From: a virus | Reading direction: 5' to 3' (one strand) | IMG/VR virus record: IMGVR_UViG_3300029414_000238 | DNA: 64,000 nucleotides | Shown: piece after piece, positions 1-10,921 of the stretch | Numbering within the stretch: the first letter of the stretch is position 1 | Layout: the number at the start of each line of letters is the position of its first letter | Notes under the pieces: model-generated | Seen by the model: the letters and a program-made list of their open reading frames with translations, nothing else | Told to the model about the DNA's origin: nothing | Databases searched by the model: none | Program-made: the position numbers and the translations under genes

Positions 1-1060
1 GACATCATAATAAGCCTTGAAGGTCGCGTTGTTTCTGACAACGTTCCAAGCTGCATTTACAAGGGCATATCGTAAAACACGAGAGCCACGTTTGGACATC
101 CTTGTTGTCTTAGCCTGAAAGTTACCAGACTGATAAACAGAAGGATCCAGACCTGCAAAAGCAAGCAGCTTGTTTGGATTGGAGAAACGGTGAATATCAC
201 CTATTTCACCAAGAATCATTCCACCATTGATATAACCGATACCAGGAATGGTCATGATGACAGAATCGTTGAATTTCATGATATCCGTCATCTCAACTTC
301 AATCTTTTCTAATTGGCTATCCAGTAACTCGATTTGTTGAATGGTTTGAGTTATCTGAATAGATATAGCGCTGTCGTTGGCACCGACAGACTTCTGTGCG
401 AGAACTCTTAATTCTTTGGCCTGCTCTTTAGTAAAGTGTCCGTGCGAGTTCACTTTGAGCAGATTTGCCAGATGAGTCATATGCATGGAAGCAATCTCTT
501 TTGGAGAAGGTGCTTCTTTTAAAAGAGCATAGACAGCATTCTGATGCAGACCGGATTTGAAAAAGTATTGAATCTCCGGGAATACCTGATCAACATAGGT
601 TGTCAGTTGGATTTTCAATCGGGTGCGTTGCTTAATGGTTTTCTGCCGAAAGCGCCCCAAGGCCTTAAGATCCATCATATCAAGATCATAGAAACTGACG
701 AATCTGAGGTCATCCTGCATCATAAGAGTTTTAGCAATCACAAATGTGTCGACCTTATCTGTCTTCGTTTTGCGAATGTTGTTTTTACGCATCTGACAGG
801 TTTTGATGGGGTTCAACACACACACTTGGTAAAACTCAGCAACAAGGTATCGAACAAGGTTGTCACCGTAGTGTGCCGTTGACTCAAGACCGATGATGAT
901 GCTGTTCTTGTCGAATGATTCGAGCTTAGAGACCAGCAGTTGGAAGCCATCAGCGTCGTTTGTGAATTTGAACGGCTCAAGAATTATTTCACCGTTGGAA
1001 GAAATCGCAGCGGCGAAATGGTTGAGTTTGGCAATATCAATGCCTACATAAATTTTCATG
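1..1060 (-). mobile_element. IS110-family transposase, partial; the C-terminus runs off the window start
   Basis: The minus-strand reading frame from the ATG (revcomp at 1058-1060) translates as [20 protein letters not shown]... (DEDD N-terminal domain of IS110). Further on it reads ...[42 protein letters not shown]..., the typical IS110/IS116/IS902 C-terminal domain. No stop occurs before position 1, so the gene is absent from the ORF track. Confidence 0.85.
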
Positions 1061-1336
1061 AGGTTGTACCTCCCTTTCCTAAAGTCTGATACCATGATGT
1101 CCACCATCGATTATCATCGTAGACTTGATAGAAATAAGTACTCTGAGTGAAAAACACTCCGGCAACATCCAGCTGATAAACAATTCAGATAAAGGTAGCG
1201 GCAATACACTCCAGTTGAGTAGTCAAGCTACAGGAAAAAATCAAAAGTCCATAGTATCTGAATTGTATTGAACCACGATATTAAAAGAAAGGAAACGTGT
1301 GATAATTAACTTCCTAATTATCATACAAGATATAAT

Positions 1337-1555
1337 ATGTCAAAGAAAGCATCAGAAACACCGGAGGTGCCATCATATATCCCTCCGGCAAGTGAAAAGG
1401 AAAAGATTATAGAAAAGATCCGAAAAAAAGGAATTGAATGCAAACCGGATGGTACCGGGATTCCAATATTCTACACAAATGACCCGAAAGTAATGGATAT
1501 GATCCGAAAAGAGATCAATGAACGATTTTCGTTCGGGTTTCATATTCGTCCATAG
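1337..1555 (+). CDS. hypothetical small protein
   Basis: 72-aa ORF in an AT-rich context; no recognisable motifs. Confidence 0.3.
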   Translation: MSKKASETPEVPSYIPPASEKEKIIEKIRKKGIECKPDGTGIPIFYTNDPKVMDMIRKEINERFSFGFHIRP

Positions 1556-1635
1556 GGAAAATAATAGAAAATAAGATTATAGGAGAAATAGTACATGTCA
1601 AAGAAAAAAATATCAAAAAAGAAAATGTATTAAAG

Positions 1636-1926
1636 GTGTTATGGAATGAGTGTATAACATTCAAGGTGTTAATTTTTATCATAGCATATGTAGTGCTTGC
1701 GTTTATTAATATGCCATTTGAAAAATGGCTCTCGCTTTATTTCGAATGGGAAAAATTAAAGGATTATCAAGAAGTATTCATGGAGGAGATAACATTATTA
1801 GTAATTCTCCCTCTCATGGAGATAGCTGCTGTTGCATTAATTTGTTTTATTATCTATGAGTTTTTTTGCTCTGTCAGTAAGATGATTGCATCTGATGAAG
1901 TAATTTCGATTGAAAAGGAAGAATGA
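1636..1926 (+). CDS. small membrane protein, truncated or decayed paralog of the 22418-23064 gene
   Basis: WNECITFKVLIFIIAYVVLAFINMPFEKW matches WNECAVFKVVVCILAYVILGFINIPINRW of the 22418 gene. The upstream atgtcaaagaaaaaaatatcaaaaaagaaaatgtatTAA mirrors the MSKTKGISKKKDILKVF start of the paralog but is interrupted by a stop codon. Confidence 0.35.
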   Translation: MLWNECITFKVLIFIIAYVVLAFINMPFEKWLSLYFEWEKLKDYQEVFMEEITLLVILPLMEIAAVALICFIIYEFFCSVSKMIASDEVISIEKEE

Positions 1927-2485
1927 TACGAAAAGAACACCGCTATTAGGTCAGAAATAAATAGCAGAGGTTTGCAGATATAAGGAGGATCGGAATGTGT
2001 ACTTTAAAGGATAAGTTAGTGGAATGTGGAGCATGTGTAGCAGCTGTAATTCTTGTGTTGGCAGTTTGTTATGGACTAAGTTGGATTGTAATATGTGGAG
2101 TTATTAAGCTGATTACGATGTGTTTTGGATTAACATTTAAGTGATCCATTGCAACCGGTATTTGGTTAATAATTTGTATTTTGAAAAGTATTTTTAATGT
2201 AACTGTTAAGAAATAAATAGGAGAAATGAGCTATGACAATATTAAATTTTATCATTGAGTGTTGGAAGAATTCTTGCGACGAAAAAATCAAAAGGAATTA
2301 TGTTGAATCCCTTGCTAAAGTGGCGGTTTCAGTGGCCATCATTATTATATCTGTTTTATTATATTTGCACATATGAAATGTATAACGGAAATGTATATTT
2401 TGGGGGAGGAGGGGTAAGTACAAACATAATTTTTAAAAAAGTAGCGCAAAGAAAGAATTCACTAATGCAGAAGGGGCGTAACAAT

Positions 2486-4309
2486 ATGATCAACGGAGAA
2501 TTAGTTGTAGATAATTTTGCGGGCGGAGGAGGAGCTTCCACAGGAATTGAACTTGCTACCGGATACAGCGTAGACATAGCTATTAACCATGATCCGGAGG
2601 CCATTAAGATGCATAAAGTAAATCATCCCAATACAAAACACTATTGTGAAAACGTATGGGAGGTTGATCCAGTAAAAGCCTGCAAGGGGCACCCTGTCGG
2701 TCTTGCATGGTTTTCTCCGGACTGTAAGCATTTTTCCAAGGCCAAGGGGGGAAAACCGGTAGAAAAGAATATTCGCGGTCTTGCGTGGGTTGTGCTTAAA
2801 TGGGCGGCACTTGTCAGACCAAGAGTTATCATGCTTGAAAATGTGGAAGAATTTCAGACATGGGGACCATGTATTCCTATCAGGGATAAAGATACAGGAC
2901 GCGTTATTGTCAGCATGGTAGGAAGGCATGACAGAGAGAAGAACGAGCCGCGTACGAGGGTTGCAGATCCAGGAGAAGTTGTTCCTGCGGATCGCCAGAT
3001 ATTCCAACCAGATCCTAAAAGGAGCGGCCAGACATACAAAAAATGGAGAAAGCAGCTAGAAGCACTTGGATATGAGATAGATACAAAGGAACTTGTAGCA
3101 GCTGATTATGGCGCACCTACTATGAGAAAGAGATTCTTTATGATTGCACGGTGTGATGGCAAGCCGATTGTCTGGCCGGAACCAACACATGGACCGGCAG
3201 ACAGTGAAGCGGTTAAAGCAGGTCTTGCCAAACCTTATGTAGGAGCGTACACGCAATTGGATTTTTCCATGCCGTGTCCGAGTATATTCGATACATCTAA
3301 GGAAATCAAAGAGAAGTATGGAATACGCGCTGTACGTCCATTGGCGCAGAAAACAATGGATCGAATCGCAAGAGGATTAAAAAAGTTCGTATTAGACAAT
3401 CCGGAGCCGTTTATTATCCAATGCAATCATGGTGGAGAGCGTAGACAAAACGACATCAAAGAGCCTTTACCTACTATTACTGGAAAACACGGATATGGAA
3501 TTGTGGAACCTAAGATTGTTCCATATATGGGAACCAATACAACAAATCATCCAGGTGGAAATTGTAAAAATCCTATACATACAATTACAACAGGAAATCA
3601 ACAGTGCCTTATCAGCCCAACGCTGATTCAGTATCATTCCGAAACATCGAAGGATGAAGTCAGAGGCCAATCGATTGAAGATCCGATAATGACCGTGGAT
3701 GGTTCGAACCGATACGGATTGGTCACGTCGTTTCTACATAAATATTATGACGGAGGATACACTGGAGCTGGTGATACTGTCGAAAATCCGTTACCGACAG
3801 TAACATCCTGGGATCATAACAGTCTGTGTGCAGTTAATCTGATCCAAATGAATAATCATTGCGATGGAAGGGACGTGAAGGAGCCAATTCCAACAATCAC
3901 AGCAGGCGATGGTCATTTCGGAGAGGTTAGAGCATTTCTGATCAAGTATTATGGTCAGGGAACTGGACAGGATGTTAAGGAACCTTTGGATACGGTTACA
4001 TCAAGAGATCGATTTGGTTTAGTTACAATTAATGGTACCGACTATAAGATCGTGGATATCGGATTGAGGATGCTTGAACCGAAAGAACTGTATGGATGCC
4101 AGGGATTTCCAGATGATTACATCATAGACCGCGATTACACAGGGAAAAAATACCCACGGAGTGAGCAGGTACGCAGGTGTGGAAATGCTGTATGTCCTCC
4201 GATTCCGGCTGCTCTTGTAAAAGCAAATCTTCCGGAATTATGTGTGGCGAAGCGTACCGGCAATATGAAAATCCGGGAGGAACAGACCGGACAGCTTGGA
4301 TTTGCATAA
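2486..4309 (+). CDS. DNA (cytosine-5)-methyltransferase
   Basis: Motif I FAGGGGASTG, the motif IV region SPDCKHFSKAKGG, motif VI IMLENVEEF and motif X RRCGNAV are all present. The C-terminal half carries repeated (K)EP(L/I)PT(I/V)T modules typical of phage multispecific C5-MTases. The ORF-track start at 2255 is probably an artefactual extension; ATG 2486 follows a GGGG-rich RBS. Confidence 0.8.
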   Translation: MINGELVVDNFAGGGGASTGIELATGYSVDIAINHDPEAIKMHKVNHPNTKHYCENVWEVDPVKACKGHPVGLAWFSPDCKHFSKAKGGKPVEKNIRGLAWVVLKWAALVRPRVIMLENVEEFQTWGPCIPIRDKDTGRVIVSMVGRHDREKNEPRTRVADPGEVVPADRQIFQPDPKRSGQTYKKWRKQLEALGYEIDTKELVAADYGAPTMRKRFFMIARCDGKPIVWPEPTHGPADSEAVKAGLAKPYVGAYTQLDFSMPCPSIFDTSKEIKEKYGIRAVRPLAQKTMDRIARGLKKFVLDNPEPFIIQCNHGGERRQNDIKEPLPTITGKHGYGIVEPKIVPYMGTNTTNHPGGNCKNPIHTITTGNQQCLISPTLIQYHSETSKDEVRGQSIEDPIMTVDGSNRYGLVTSFLHKYYDGGYTGAGDTVENPLPTVTSWDHNSLCAVNLIQMNNHCDGRDVKEPIPTITAGDGHFGEVRAFLIKYYGQGTGQDVKEPLDTVTSRDRFGLVTINGTDYKIVDIGLRMLEPKELYGCQGFPDDYIIDRDYTGKKYPRSEQVRRCGNAVCPPIPAALVKANLPELCVAKRTGNMKIREEQTGQLGFA

Positions 4310-4449
4310 ATTGCATAAATTGCTATACTGTAAAAAGAAAATGTAAATATTGCTATCATTTGTATTTTTATAGACGTTCATATGCGCAATACATAATTCT
4401 TTTTGAAAAAGTAATGAGATGGTAACAAAGAAAAAAGGAGAGTGAAAGA

Positions 4450-4908
4450 GTGGTTCAAAATTTTGAGGCGTATGGAGTTGAAATTACGGTAGAGAAACCA
4501 ATTGCTGTATGCGTAGCGTGCTCATTTTGTGTAAACATAGATATGGCGGTGGATAAAAATGTTACTCATTTTTGTGAAATTCTTGGGAAAGAAATGACTA
4601 ATCAAGAAGCTGATAATAAACCTTGTTCAGAATGTCCAATTACATATAGAAATAAAGAGTCTTTAAATGAAAAGAAGGAGAAAGGAAAAATGTTGATAAT
4701 AAGTATTGTAATTTTATTTATGGGACTTGTATACATGGGGGCTATTGGAGTTGAAACTTTTTCACGCTCATTAATTTTTATTATGATTTCCATCGTTGAG
4801 CTTTTTCTTATCGTGTATGCGGACCGAAAAGATTTTGAAGAAAAAAGAAAACGTGATCATTCCATAACTCAATATGATCCGGATGAAGAAACAATAGAAG
4901 AGGATTAA
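4450..4908 (+). CDS. hypothetical membrane protein with N-terminal Cys cluster
   Basis: 152-aa ORF with CVACSFC...CSECP cysteines followed by two hydrophobic helices. Confidence 0.4.
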   Translation: MVQNFEAYGVEITVEKPIAVCVACSFCVNIDMAVDKNVTHFCEILGKEMTNQEADNKPCSECPITYRNKESLNEKKEKGKMLIISIVILFMGLVYMGAIGVETFSRSLIFIMISIVELFLIVYADRKDFEEKRKRDHSITQYDPDEETIEED

Positions 4909-4978
4909 AAAATGGGGGATGAAATTTGCTATTTGCATGCTTCAGAATAGGAAATTAAAAGGATAATGGAGAATAGAA

Positions 4979-5341
4979 ATGGGAGTTTTTCAAACAAAAG
5001 TATACAAGGAATGTTATCCATTTTCGAGAGAGGTTTTGTACAATACAGAAAAACGGAAATTAATAATTCATTTACTAGAATTCCGTAATCCGGATCTTGT
5101 TTATGGCTCAAAAAAGAAAGCAATGATAACTGGAAGAAAATTAAGGAAACAGGTTTTAGTTGCTGTTGACGAAGAATTAGATAAAATAGATGAAATTTAT
5201 ACATATATAGAAAATAGAGAGTATGCGAAAGTTGACGGTATTTATATGAATTGGCTTCTCAAATTCTACAAATCCAGGATACGATGTTTTTTGGGAATAG
5301 GATTATATATGCCATATCAATGCTTTCAGTTATTTGAATAA
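4979..5341 (+). CDS. hypothetical protein
   Basis: 120-aa ORF. Confidence 0.35.
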   Translation: MGVFQTKVYKECYPFSREVLYNTEKRKLIIHLLEFRNPDLVYGSKKKAMITGRKLRKQVLVAVDEELDKIDEIYTYIENREYAKVDGIYMNWLLKFYKSRIRCFLGIGLYMPYQCFQLFE

Positions 5342-5627
5342 AGGTGGTGATATAATTATGCATGAAATAGAAAACAAAATTTTAGAAGAATTGCTTGTTG
5401 CACCTTTGTGCATTGTTCAAGACCGGTATGGTGGATGTTATTCTGGAGCAGAATATCTGGCATTTAATATGGAACCGTATTTAGTAACAGAATTGGACGT
5501 AGATGCAGGTGATATGAGCTGTCGCGATTTTTGGGAATACGAAGCGAAAGAGTATATTATTGGAAAAGGAAATACTCCGTTAGAAGCACTATGCGATTTA
5601 CAAATTAAATTAACTTCAAAGAAGTGA
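5334..5627 (+). CDS. hypothetical protein
   Basis: 97-aa ORF overlapping the previous stop; looks operonic. Confidence 0.35.
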   Translation: MNKGGDIIMHEIENKILEELLVAPLCIVQDRYGGCYSGAEYLAFNMEPYLVTELDVDAGDMSCRDFWEYEAKEYIIGKGNTPLEALCDLQIKLTSKK

Positions 5628-5821
5628 TTGTGGCAGAAAGAACGGGTATAAAATGAAAAAGATTCCATGGCTTGTCTTATCTATCAATAACAGCAGAGTA
5701 CCACTTCCATATGATGCTCCGCATGGGAGTGGTAGTTCATAAAAAAGCTTCCATCAATGCTTTTGAAAAGCTATAATTATAACGTGTTATGGTCAAGCTT
5801 ATAATAAGGAGATGAATAAAT

Positions 5822-6037
5822 ATGTACGGTATATCAAGGAAAATCCATGAGAGATTCATAAATAGAAAGTCAAAGAAACACGATGAAAAATATACAGTCC
5901 CATTTCCTACGGACATTCCAAACCCAAATATCGTGGTTTTCGGTACTCATGGGAGTGGTAAATGTCGGATGCCTCTTCGCGTTAATGCTCAAATAAAAGA
6001 ACTGACTACATATGATGGACTGACAGAAAGGAGATAA
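5822..6037 (+). CDS. hypothetical small protein
   Basis: 71-aa ORF preceded by AGGAG. Confidence 0.3.
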   Translation: MYGISRKIHERFINRKSKKHDEKYTVPFPTDIPNPNIVVFGTHGSGKCRMPLRVNAQIKELTTYDGLTERR

Positions 6038-6039
6038 AT

Positions 6040-6384
6040 ATGGGAACTATTAGAAACAGATTGACGATTGTGAATGATTACAATTTTGATAGAATTACCA
6101 ACACAAGACAAAATGCGGTTGAATATTTTGGAAAAATCATGCGAGATGAATTTGACTTTCCGGATTATGATGTGAACACACAGATGATAAGTCCTATTTT
6201 GCCAAGTGTAGTAAACGGCATATACACCTTTGTTATTATGGGAGACTGCTCAAAAGACGGATGGGAATTATCTAACGATTTTAAAAAGTACAGAGACGAG
6301 TGGATTCGGAAAAATAAGGGTCTAAATATATTGGTTGCAGACTTTGGAGAGGGAGATGCAGAAGCATATATAAAAGAGTATTAA
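6040..6384 (+). CDS. hypothetical protein
   Basis: 114-aa ORF starting 3 nt after the previous stop. Confidence 0.4.
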   Translation: MGTIRNRLTIVNDYNFDRITNTRQNAVEYFGKIMRDEFDFPDYDVNTQMISPILPSVVNGIYTFVIMGDCSKDGWELSNDFKKYRDEWIRKNKGLNILVADFGEGDAEAYIKEY

Positions 6385-6595
6385 TGCCCGTTTACAGTCT
6401 ATAAAAGACATATTGTATCCAGAATTAAGCAAACAAGCCGTTTCTTCTCGCCTGTAGAAGGAAGGTTGAACTGGATGAAGATGTGACAGTAGACAACTGG
6501 AAGGCTCGTATAGATATTGATGAATTAGAAGCTACATATCGGGTCGCAGATTTATATACCGGTTCAATCGAAGCGTGATAGTTAATGTGTAAAGA

Positions 6596-6632
6596 AAGAG
6601 TCTTGGAATAAGGCTCTTTTTTTTATTTCAGA
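6596..6632 (+). terminator. rho-independent terminator
   Basis: Hairpin aagagtcttggaataaggctctt followed by a T-run. Confidence 0.5.
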
Positions 6633-6654
6633 AAAATTTTCAAGAAATTTCTGA

Positions 6655-6692
6655 TTTACTTTGACGATTTTTCAAAAGGCGCAATATGTGTA
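6655..6692 (+). promoter_or_regulatory. conserved promoter-like cassette, copy 1
   Basis: tttgacgatttttcaaaaggcgcaatatgtgtaatg. Copies occur at 6655, 9432, 13562, 14462, 17651, 17921, 41041 and 45471, with a weaker one at 35315. Confidence 0.55.
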
Positions 6693-6730
6693 ATGAAGAC
6701 GAAAATAAGACGATTTTGGAGGGAGAAAAA

Positions 6731-7060
6731 ATGAAAATTTACTTTGAGGATGGAAAACTTGTCAATATTAAGCAATTACCGATTGCGCCGGATTATGTGA
6801 TTGATGCTTCTGATGGAGTAACTGCCTGCATGGATATGCTGGATCGAATTTACTCGACTAATCGAGATGCAGTTGTATATACAAATTCAATTATTGCATT
6901 CAGTAACCGGTATGCATGGAATGAAGAGAAGAAAATTTCGGATGTTTATATCAGAGATGGAGAGGGTATGGAATTTACCAATATTGCGCTTCTGACAAAT
7001 AGACAACTTCGGGAGGGGCATAATCTCGCGAAGTTGTATCTTGGCGGTGAGTTCCGGTAG
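6731..7060 (+). CDS. hypothetical protein
   Basis: ORF 6686-7060; ATG 6731 follows GGAGGGAG and lies 40 nt downstream of the cassette. Confidence 0.45.
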   Translation: MKIYFEDGKLVNIKQLPIAPDYVIDASDGVTACMDMLDRIYSTNRDAVVYTNSIIAFSNRYAWNEEKKISDVYIRDGEGMEFTNIALLTNRQLREGHNLAKLYLGGEFR

Positions 7061-7454
7061 GAAAGAAAGGGAAAAATCATGGACAAAAGTGGAGTAATTA
7101 ACGGATAGACTTACGAGGAAACAAACCAGACTGCGAAAACTGCATGATTGTGGGAAAAAATATGTACAGATAGGATGTCCTACGACAGCTTATGGGATTT
7201 GTGTAGGCATACAAAAAGGAAATTGATGAATACTATGCGGTCGGAGTCCCAGAAGAGCGCCTGGAAAATGCAGAAAAGCAGAGAAAGGAAGAAAAACTTG
7301 AGCAAGAATCTAATTTGCATATGAGGGTATAGCAGATTCAAGATCGGTTGTATGTATTATTTTTGAAAGGGGTGATGCCTATTGAGAGTTAATTTTAAAG
7401 AGAGTACATAAATAGCAGTTTAAAAAATCATAAAGAATGTGAGGGAAAAAATAT

Positions 7455-9239
7455 ATGAGTGGTTTACCATTTGATCCTATTATTATTGCGGTTGTCGCGG
7501 TCGTTGTGATCCTTATCGGCATACTTGCCAGCGGGTATGTCAAAGCGCCGGCAGACAAGGCATACATCATTTCCGGACTTAAGAAAGTTCCGAAGGTGTT
7601 AATTGGCCGGGCAGGAATTAAGATTCCTTTTCTGGAAAGAAAAGACGAACTTCTGTTAAAGCAGATCGGTATTGATATTAAAACCGGAGGCTATGTTCCA
7701 ACGAAAGATTTCATCGGTGTTGATATTGATGCGATTGCAAAAATCCGTCTGATTTCCATGCAGGATGTAGGCAAAGAGAAAACCTATACCAGAACAATCG
7801 TTGATGAGATTGTTGACGGCAGCAATACAAAAGATGGAGATAAAGAATATTCAACTCATACAGAAACTGTTACAATCAAGATTACAGAAGATATGGCGCG
7901 TGCGGCAATGCGGAATTTCCTTAATATGAAAGAATCCAACATTGTTGAAGCTTTACAGGATTCTTTACAGGGAAATATGAGAGAAATCGTTGGTACGCAG
8001 ACATTGCGTGCTTTGTGCCAGGATCGTAAATCTTTTGGTGATGAGGTTCAGAGCAAAGCGCAGCCGGATATGAATGCCCTCGGTGTATGGATCGAGTCCT
8101 GCAATATTCAGCGTATTGAGGACGAACAGGATCTGATCAATGCTCTTGGTATGGATAACATGGCTGCTATCCAGAAGAGTGCAAGCATTGCAAAGGCAGA
8201 GGCTGACAAAGACGTTGCGATTGCACAGGCGAAGGCAGCAAGAGAAGCAAATGATGCAAAAGTCGCCGCTGATACGGAAATTGCTGAGAAGCAGAACGAG
8301 CTTGCAATCAAAAAGGCAGAATTACAGCAGCTCTCTGACACAAAGAAGGCGATTGCGGATGCTGCTTATAAGATTCAGGAACAGGAACAGCGTAAAGCGA
8401 TTGAGACAGCAAAAGTTAATGCAGATATTGCAGAGCAGGAAAGAACTGTTGAACTTCGCGAGAAGGAAGCACAGGTTGCAGAACAGACACTTAATGCGAC
8501 GGTAAAGAAGCAGGCGGATGCAGATAAGTACAGCAGACAGCAGGCTGCAGAAGCAAATCTGATTGAAAAATCCCGTCAGGCTGATGCAGAAAAATATCAG
8601 CAGGAGAAGGAAGCAGAAATCCAAAAGATTAAGGCAGAGGCCGATAAGGAAGCGAAGAAAAAAGAAGCAGAAGGTATTCTTGCAATCAAGAGATCAGAAG
8701 CAGAAGGTATCGCCGCTGTAGGTAAAGCAGAAGCTCAGGCAATCGAAGCAAAAGGTATTGCAGAAGCTCAAGCAATGGAGAAAAAAGCAGAAGCTTATTC
8801 AAAGTATAACAAGGCTGCTGTTGCAGAAATGACGATCAAAATGCTTCCAGAGCTTGCAGCCAAAGTTGCTGAGCCGCTTGGACAGATTGACAAAATCACA
8901 ATCATCGGAGGCGGCGATGGCAGCAATGGTATCGAACAGGTTGCCGGGAATGTTCCTGTTGTTATGGCGAAGGTCTTTGAGAGTGTCAAAGAAGCTACAG
9001 GGATAGATCTGACAAGTATTGTTAATGCTGAGTCTTACGATGCGAAGGTTAACCGCAATGTTAATTTAACCGGTATCAAAGATACGGTGGCAATTTCCGG
9101 CGGATCAAAGAGTGATACTGACGCAGATAAAACCGAGAATTCCGGCATCGATTCTGATTTATCAGGAGAAAATGCAGAGGTCATCCGTTCTTTGGCAGAA
9201 AATGCTAATCAGGAATCAGCTGACAGTAATCTGGACTAA
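7455..9239 (+). CDS. flotillin-like SPFH/band-7 protein
   Basis: N-terminal TM helix (IIIAVVAVVVILIGILASGYV), an SPFH region, then a long Ala/Glu/Lys-rich coiled coil (AKAEADKDVAIAQAKAAREANDAKVAAD...), as in FloT/YuaG. The internal overlapping ORFs 8108-8624 are frame artefacts of this repeat. Confidence 0.75.
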   Translation: MSGLPFDPIIIAVVAVVVILIGILASGYVKAPADKAYIISGLKKVPKVLIGRAGIKIPFLERKDELLLKQIGIDIKTGGYVPTKDFIGVDIDAIAKIRLISMQDVGKEKTYTRTIVDEIVDGSNTKDGDKEYSTHTETVTIKITEDMARAAMRNFLNMKESNIVEALQDSLQGNMREIVGTQTLRALCQDRKSFGDEVQSKAQPDMNALGVWIESCNIQRIEDEQDLINALGMDNMAAIQKSASIAKAEADKDVAIAQAKAAREANDAKVAADTEIAEKQNELAIKKAELQQLSDTKKAIADAAYKIQEQEQRKAIETAKVNADIAEQERTVELREKEAQVAEQTLNATVKKQADADKYSRQQAAEANLIEKSRQADAEKYQQEKEAEIQKIKAEADKEAKKKEAEGILAIKRSEAEGIAAVGKAEAQAIEAKGIAEAQAMEKKAEAYSKYNKAAVAEMTIKMLPELAAKVAEPLGQIDKITIIGGGDGSNGIEQVAGNVPVVMAKVFESVKEATGIDLTSIVNAESYDAKVNRNVNLTGIKDTVAISGGSKSDTDADKTENSGIDSDLSGENAEVIRSLAENANQESADSNLD

Positions 9240-9339
9240 CAGAATATGTAATTTAAGACATATACCGGGGTACTTGCGTATTCTGGTATATGTCTTTTTA
9301 TGCTTTTATGGTGAGAGTTTTATTTTTGATCATGGCGAA

Positions 9340-9432
9340 ACGATACCAAAGAAAGTCCGGTTTGCAGTGTACGAAAAATGCAACCACCGGTGCAGTTTTT
9401 ACTTCGAAAAGATCGGACTGGATATGGCGTAA
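9340..9432 (+). pseudogene. internally deleted remnant of an HNH endonuclease gene (paralog of 46757-47191)
   Basis: KKVRFAVYEKCNHRC (the HNH start) is fused directly to YFEKIGLD (the HNH C-terminus; compare QFYFEKIGINID at 47120). Confidence 0.5.
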
Positions 9433-9482
9433 GTTTTCAAAAAATCTTTGACGATTTTTCAAAAGGCGCAATATGTATAGTG
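9432..9482 (+). promoter_or_regulatory. conserved promoter-like cassette, copy 2
   Basis: aagttttcaaaaaatctttgacgatttttcaaaaggcgcaatatgtatagtg. Confidence 0.55.
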
Positions 9483-9619
9483 TAAAGGTCATAAACCGAG
9501 CTGCCAGGGTTACCGGCTGGCAGAAAATCCTTTCGAAAAATGTTTACGTTCCGGGAAATCCCCGGAAAGGATAGTGGGTACGCAGCGCAAGTTATTCCGG
9601 GTTCGACTCCCGGATATCC
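9483..9619 (+). ncRNA. structured tRNA-like RNA element, family A copy 1 (candidate 5' leader or sRNA)
   Basis: Three hairpins: ctgccag-ggttaccgg-ctggcag, ccggg-aaat-ccccgg, and a T-arm-like ccgggTTCGActcccgg closed by ggata/tatcc. The second copy at 14513-14646 shows compensatory changes. Confidence 0.4.
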
Positions 9620-9658
9620 TTTTTCAAAATTGCAGGAAAAATGTGGAGGAAAAGAGAA

Positions 9659-9963
9659 TGGATGAACTGATCAAGAAACTTCGGATGTATGCAGACACAT
9701 ACAAAAAAGAACCAGCCGGACGGGAAGTTGAAGGTACCGTGGAATTGCTCGAAAATTCTGCAGATGCTTTGCAGGAAGCAGGGGAGGCTGTTCAAAAATT
9801 AAAGCAGAGATTTGTGGATGGAATAGATGTCCATTACCAGGGACATGATGCCGACGATTACATTGAGTGTCCTTTCTGCGGATACGAGGTTGCAGCGATC
9901 GACGATTACTGTGAGCTGCGCCCAAATCATTGTCCGAAATGTGGAACAAAGCTGATATACTAG
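9659..9963 (+). CDS. hypothetical protein with C-terminal zinc ribbon
   Basis: ATG 9659 follows GGAGGAAAAGAGA. The C-terminus reads CPFCGYEV...CPKCGTKLIY. The ORF-track start at 9574 lies inside the structured leader. Confidence 0.45.
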
Positions 9964-10315
9964 ATATAGGAGGCTGGCATGAAAGAATTGAGGAAGTTGT
10001 GCATGCACCCATTGTGCGATGCAGAGCCAAAAATGCATACGATTTACGAATATATCGGAAAAGCCGGGACGAAAGGTACGACAGTTTTGTGGTTCCTTGA
10101 GATCCCAAAAAAGGAGCCAAAGTGTATGGGATCAGTGAGGAAGACCATGTTTCTCCGTATATGGAAGGCATGGCATTCCGGTATGCAGAATTCAAACCAT
10201 ACATGATTGATGAGATTTACAGCAATGGATTCGTTGTCTGCCACGAGTGTTAGGATGAGACAAAAATGCGTGTCCAATTAACAAGAAGGAATATGCGGTA
10301 AGTAATGGAGATATT

Positions 10316-10795
10316 GTGGATATAAATGCAGAATACCACAAAAGGGCATCAAATCTTGGCATGGAGAAGCAGAGGACTTACCTTCAGTATGAGATCTCCA
10401 AGCCAGATGCCATCAGAAAAGATCTTGAGACCGCAAAAAAGAGGCTGGAAAATGCAAAAGAAAGAAATTTTAAAACGTTGGATGAGTGGGAAGAAAAAAT
10501 TGAAGCTTATACGAAAGTGTTGGAAGATAGCAAAGTATCTTCCTTGTTTTACAATGATATTTCTAACGCCATTTCGGACGGAACAGCACAGTGCCGTATC
10601 TGTACCTTCGTTTGGCGGGGTAAATGGAAATATACGGAAAATATTTCCCTTGGAGTGTGCGTCGTGATCAAGCACATGGGGTACACCTACATTTTTGGCA
10701 CAAGTCCAGACAGCCAGTATTCTCCATGTTTTGCAGTATGGGAAAGCGAAGGAGAACCAGAGCTGGAAGAAGAAAACTACCTTATAGTCAAGTAA
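10316..10795 (+). CDS. hypothetical protein
   Basis: 159-aa ORF. Confidence 0.35.
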   Translation: MDINAEYHKRASNLGMEKQRTYLQYEISKPDAIRKDLETAKKRLENAKERNFKTLDEWEEKIEAYTKVLEDSKVSSLFYNDISNAISDGTAQCRICTFVWRGKWKYTENISLGVCVVIKHMGYTYIFGTSPDSQYSPCFAVWESEGEPELEEENYLIVK

Positions 10796-10847
10796 GAAAG
10801 AAGCCGGGGAATCCCGACTTTTCTGCTGCATTGTGTGTATATTTTAA

Positions 10848-10921
10848 CGCCGCCTGCGGGATTCGAACCCGCGGATAAAGAGTTCAAAGCTCCCTGCGTT
10901 AACCTTTTCGCCAAGGCGGAG
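10848..10921 (-). tRNA. tRNA-Gln (anticodon TTG)
   Basis: Revcomp gives D-arm GCG-AAAAGGTTAA-CGC, anticodon loop CTTTGAA and T-arm GCGGG-TTCGAAT-CCCGC. The anticodon stem carries GU pairs and CCA is not encoded. Confidence 0.4.

Noticed and set aside
2255-2485. N-terminal 77-aa extension of the MTase ORF (start 2255) and the antisense ORFs 2359-3426
   Set aside because: MTase motif I begins right after ATG 2486, which has a good RBS. The extension is AT-rich and low-complexity. The antisense ORFs overlap a well-supported MTase frame.
8108-8624. Overlapping ORFs 8108-8341(-), 8140-8505(+) and 8322-8624(-) inside the flotillin gene
   Set aside because: They fall in the Ala/Glu/Lys-rich coiled-coil-encoding repeat, where alternative frames stay open by composition. 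The flotillin frame is the coherent one.
9483-9619. tmRNA or a bona fide tRNA gene as the identity of the T-arm-containing structured element
   Set aside because: It has no acceptor-stem pairing with a 5' end, no CCA, no tag reading frame or pseudoknots, and is far too short for tmRNA. Two diverged copies downstream of a promoter cassette fit a leader or sRNA family better.
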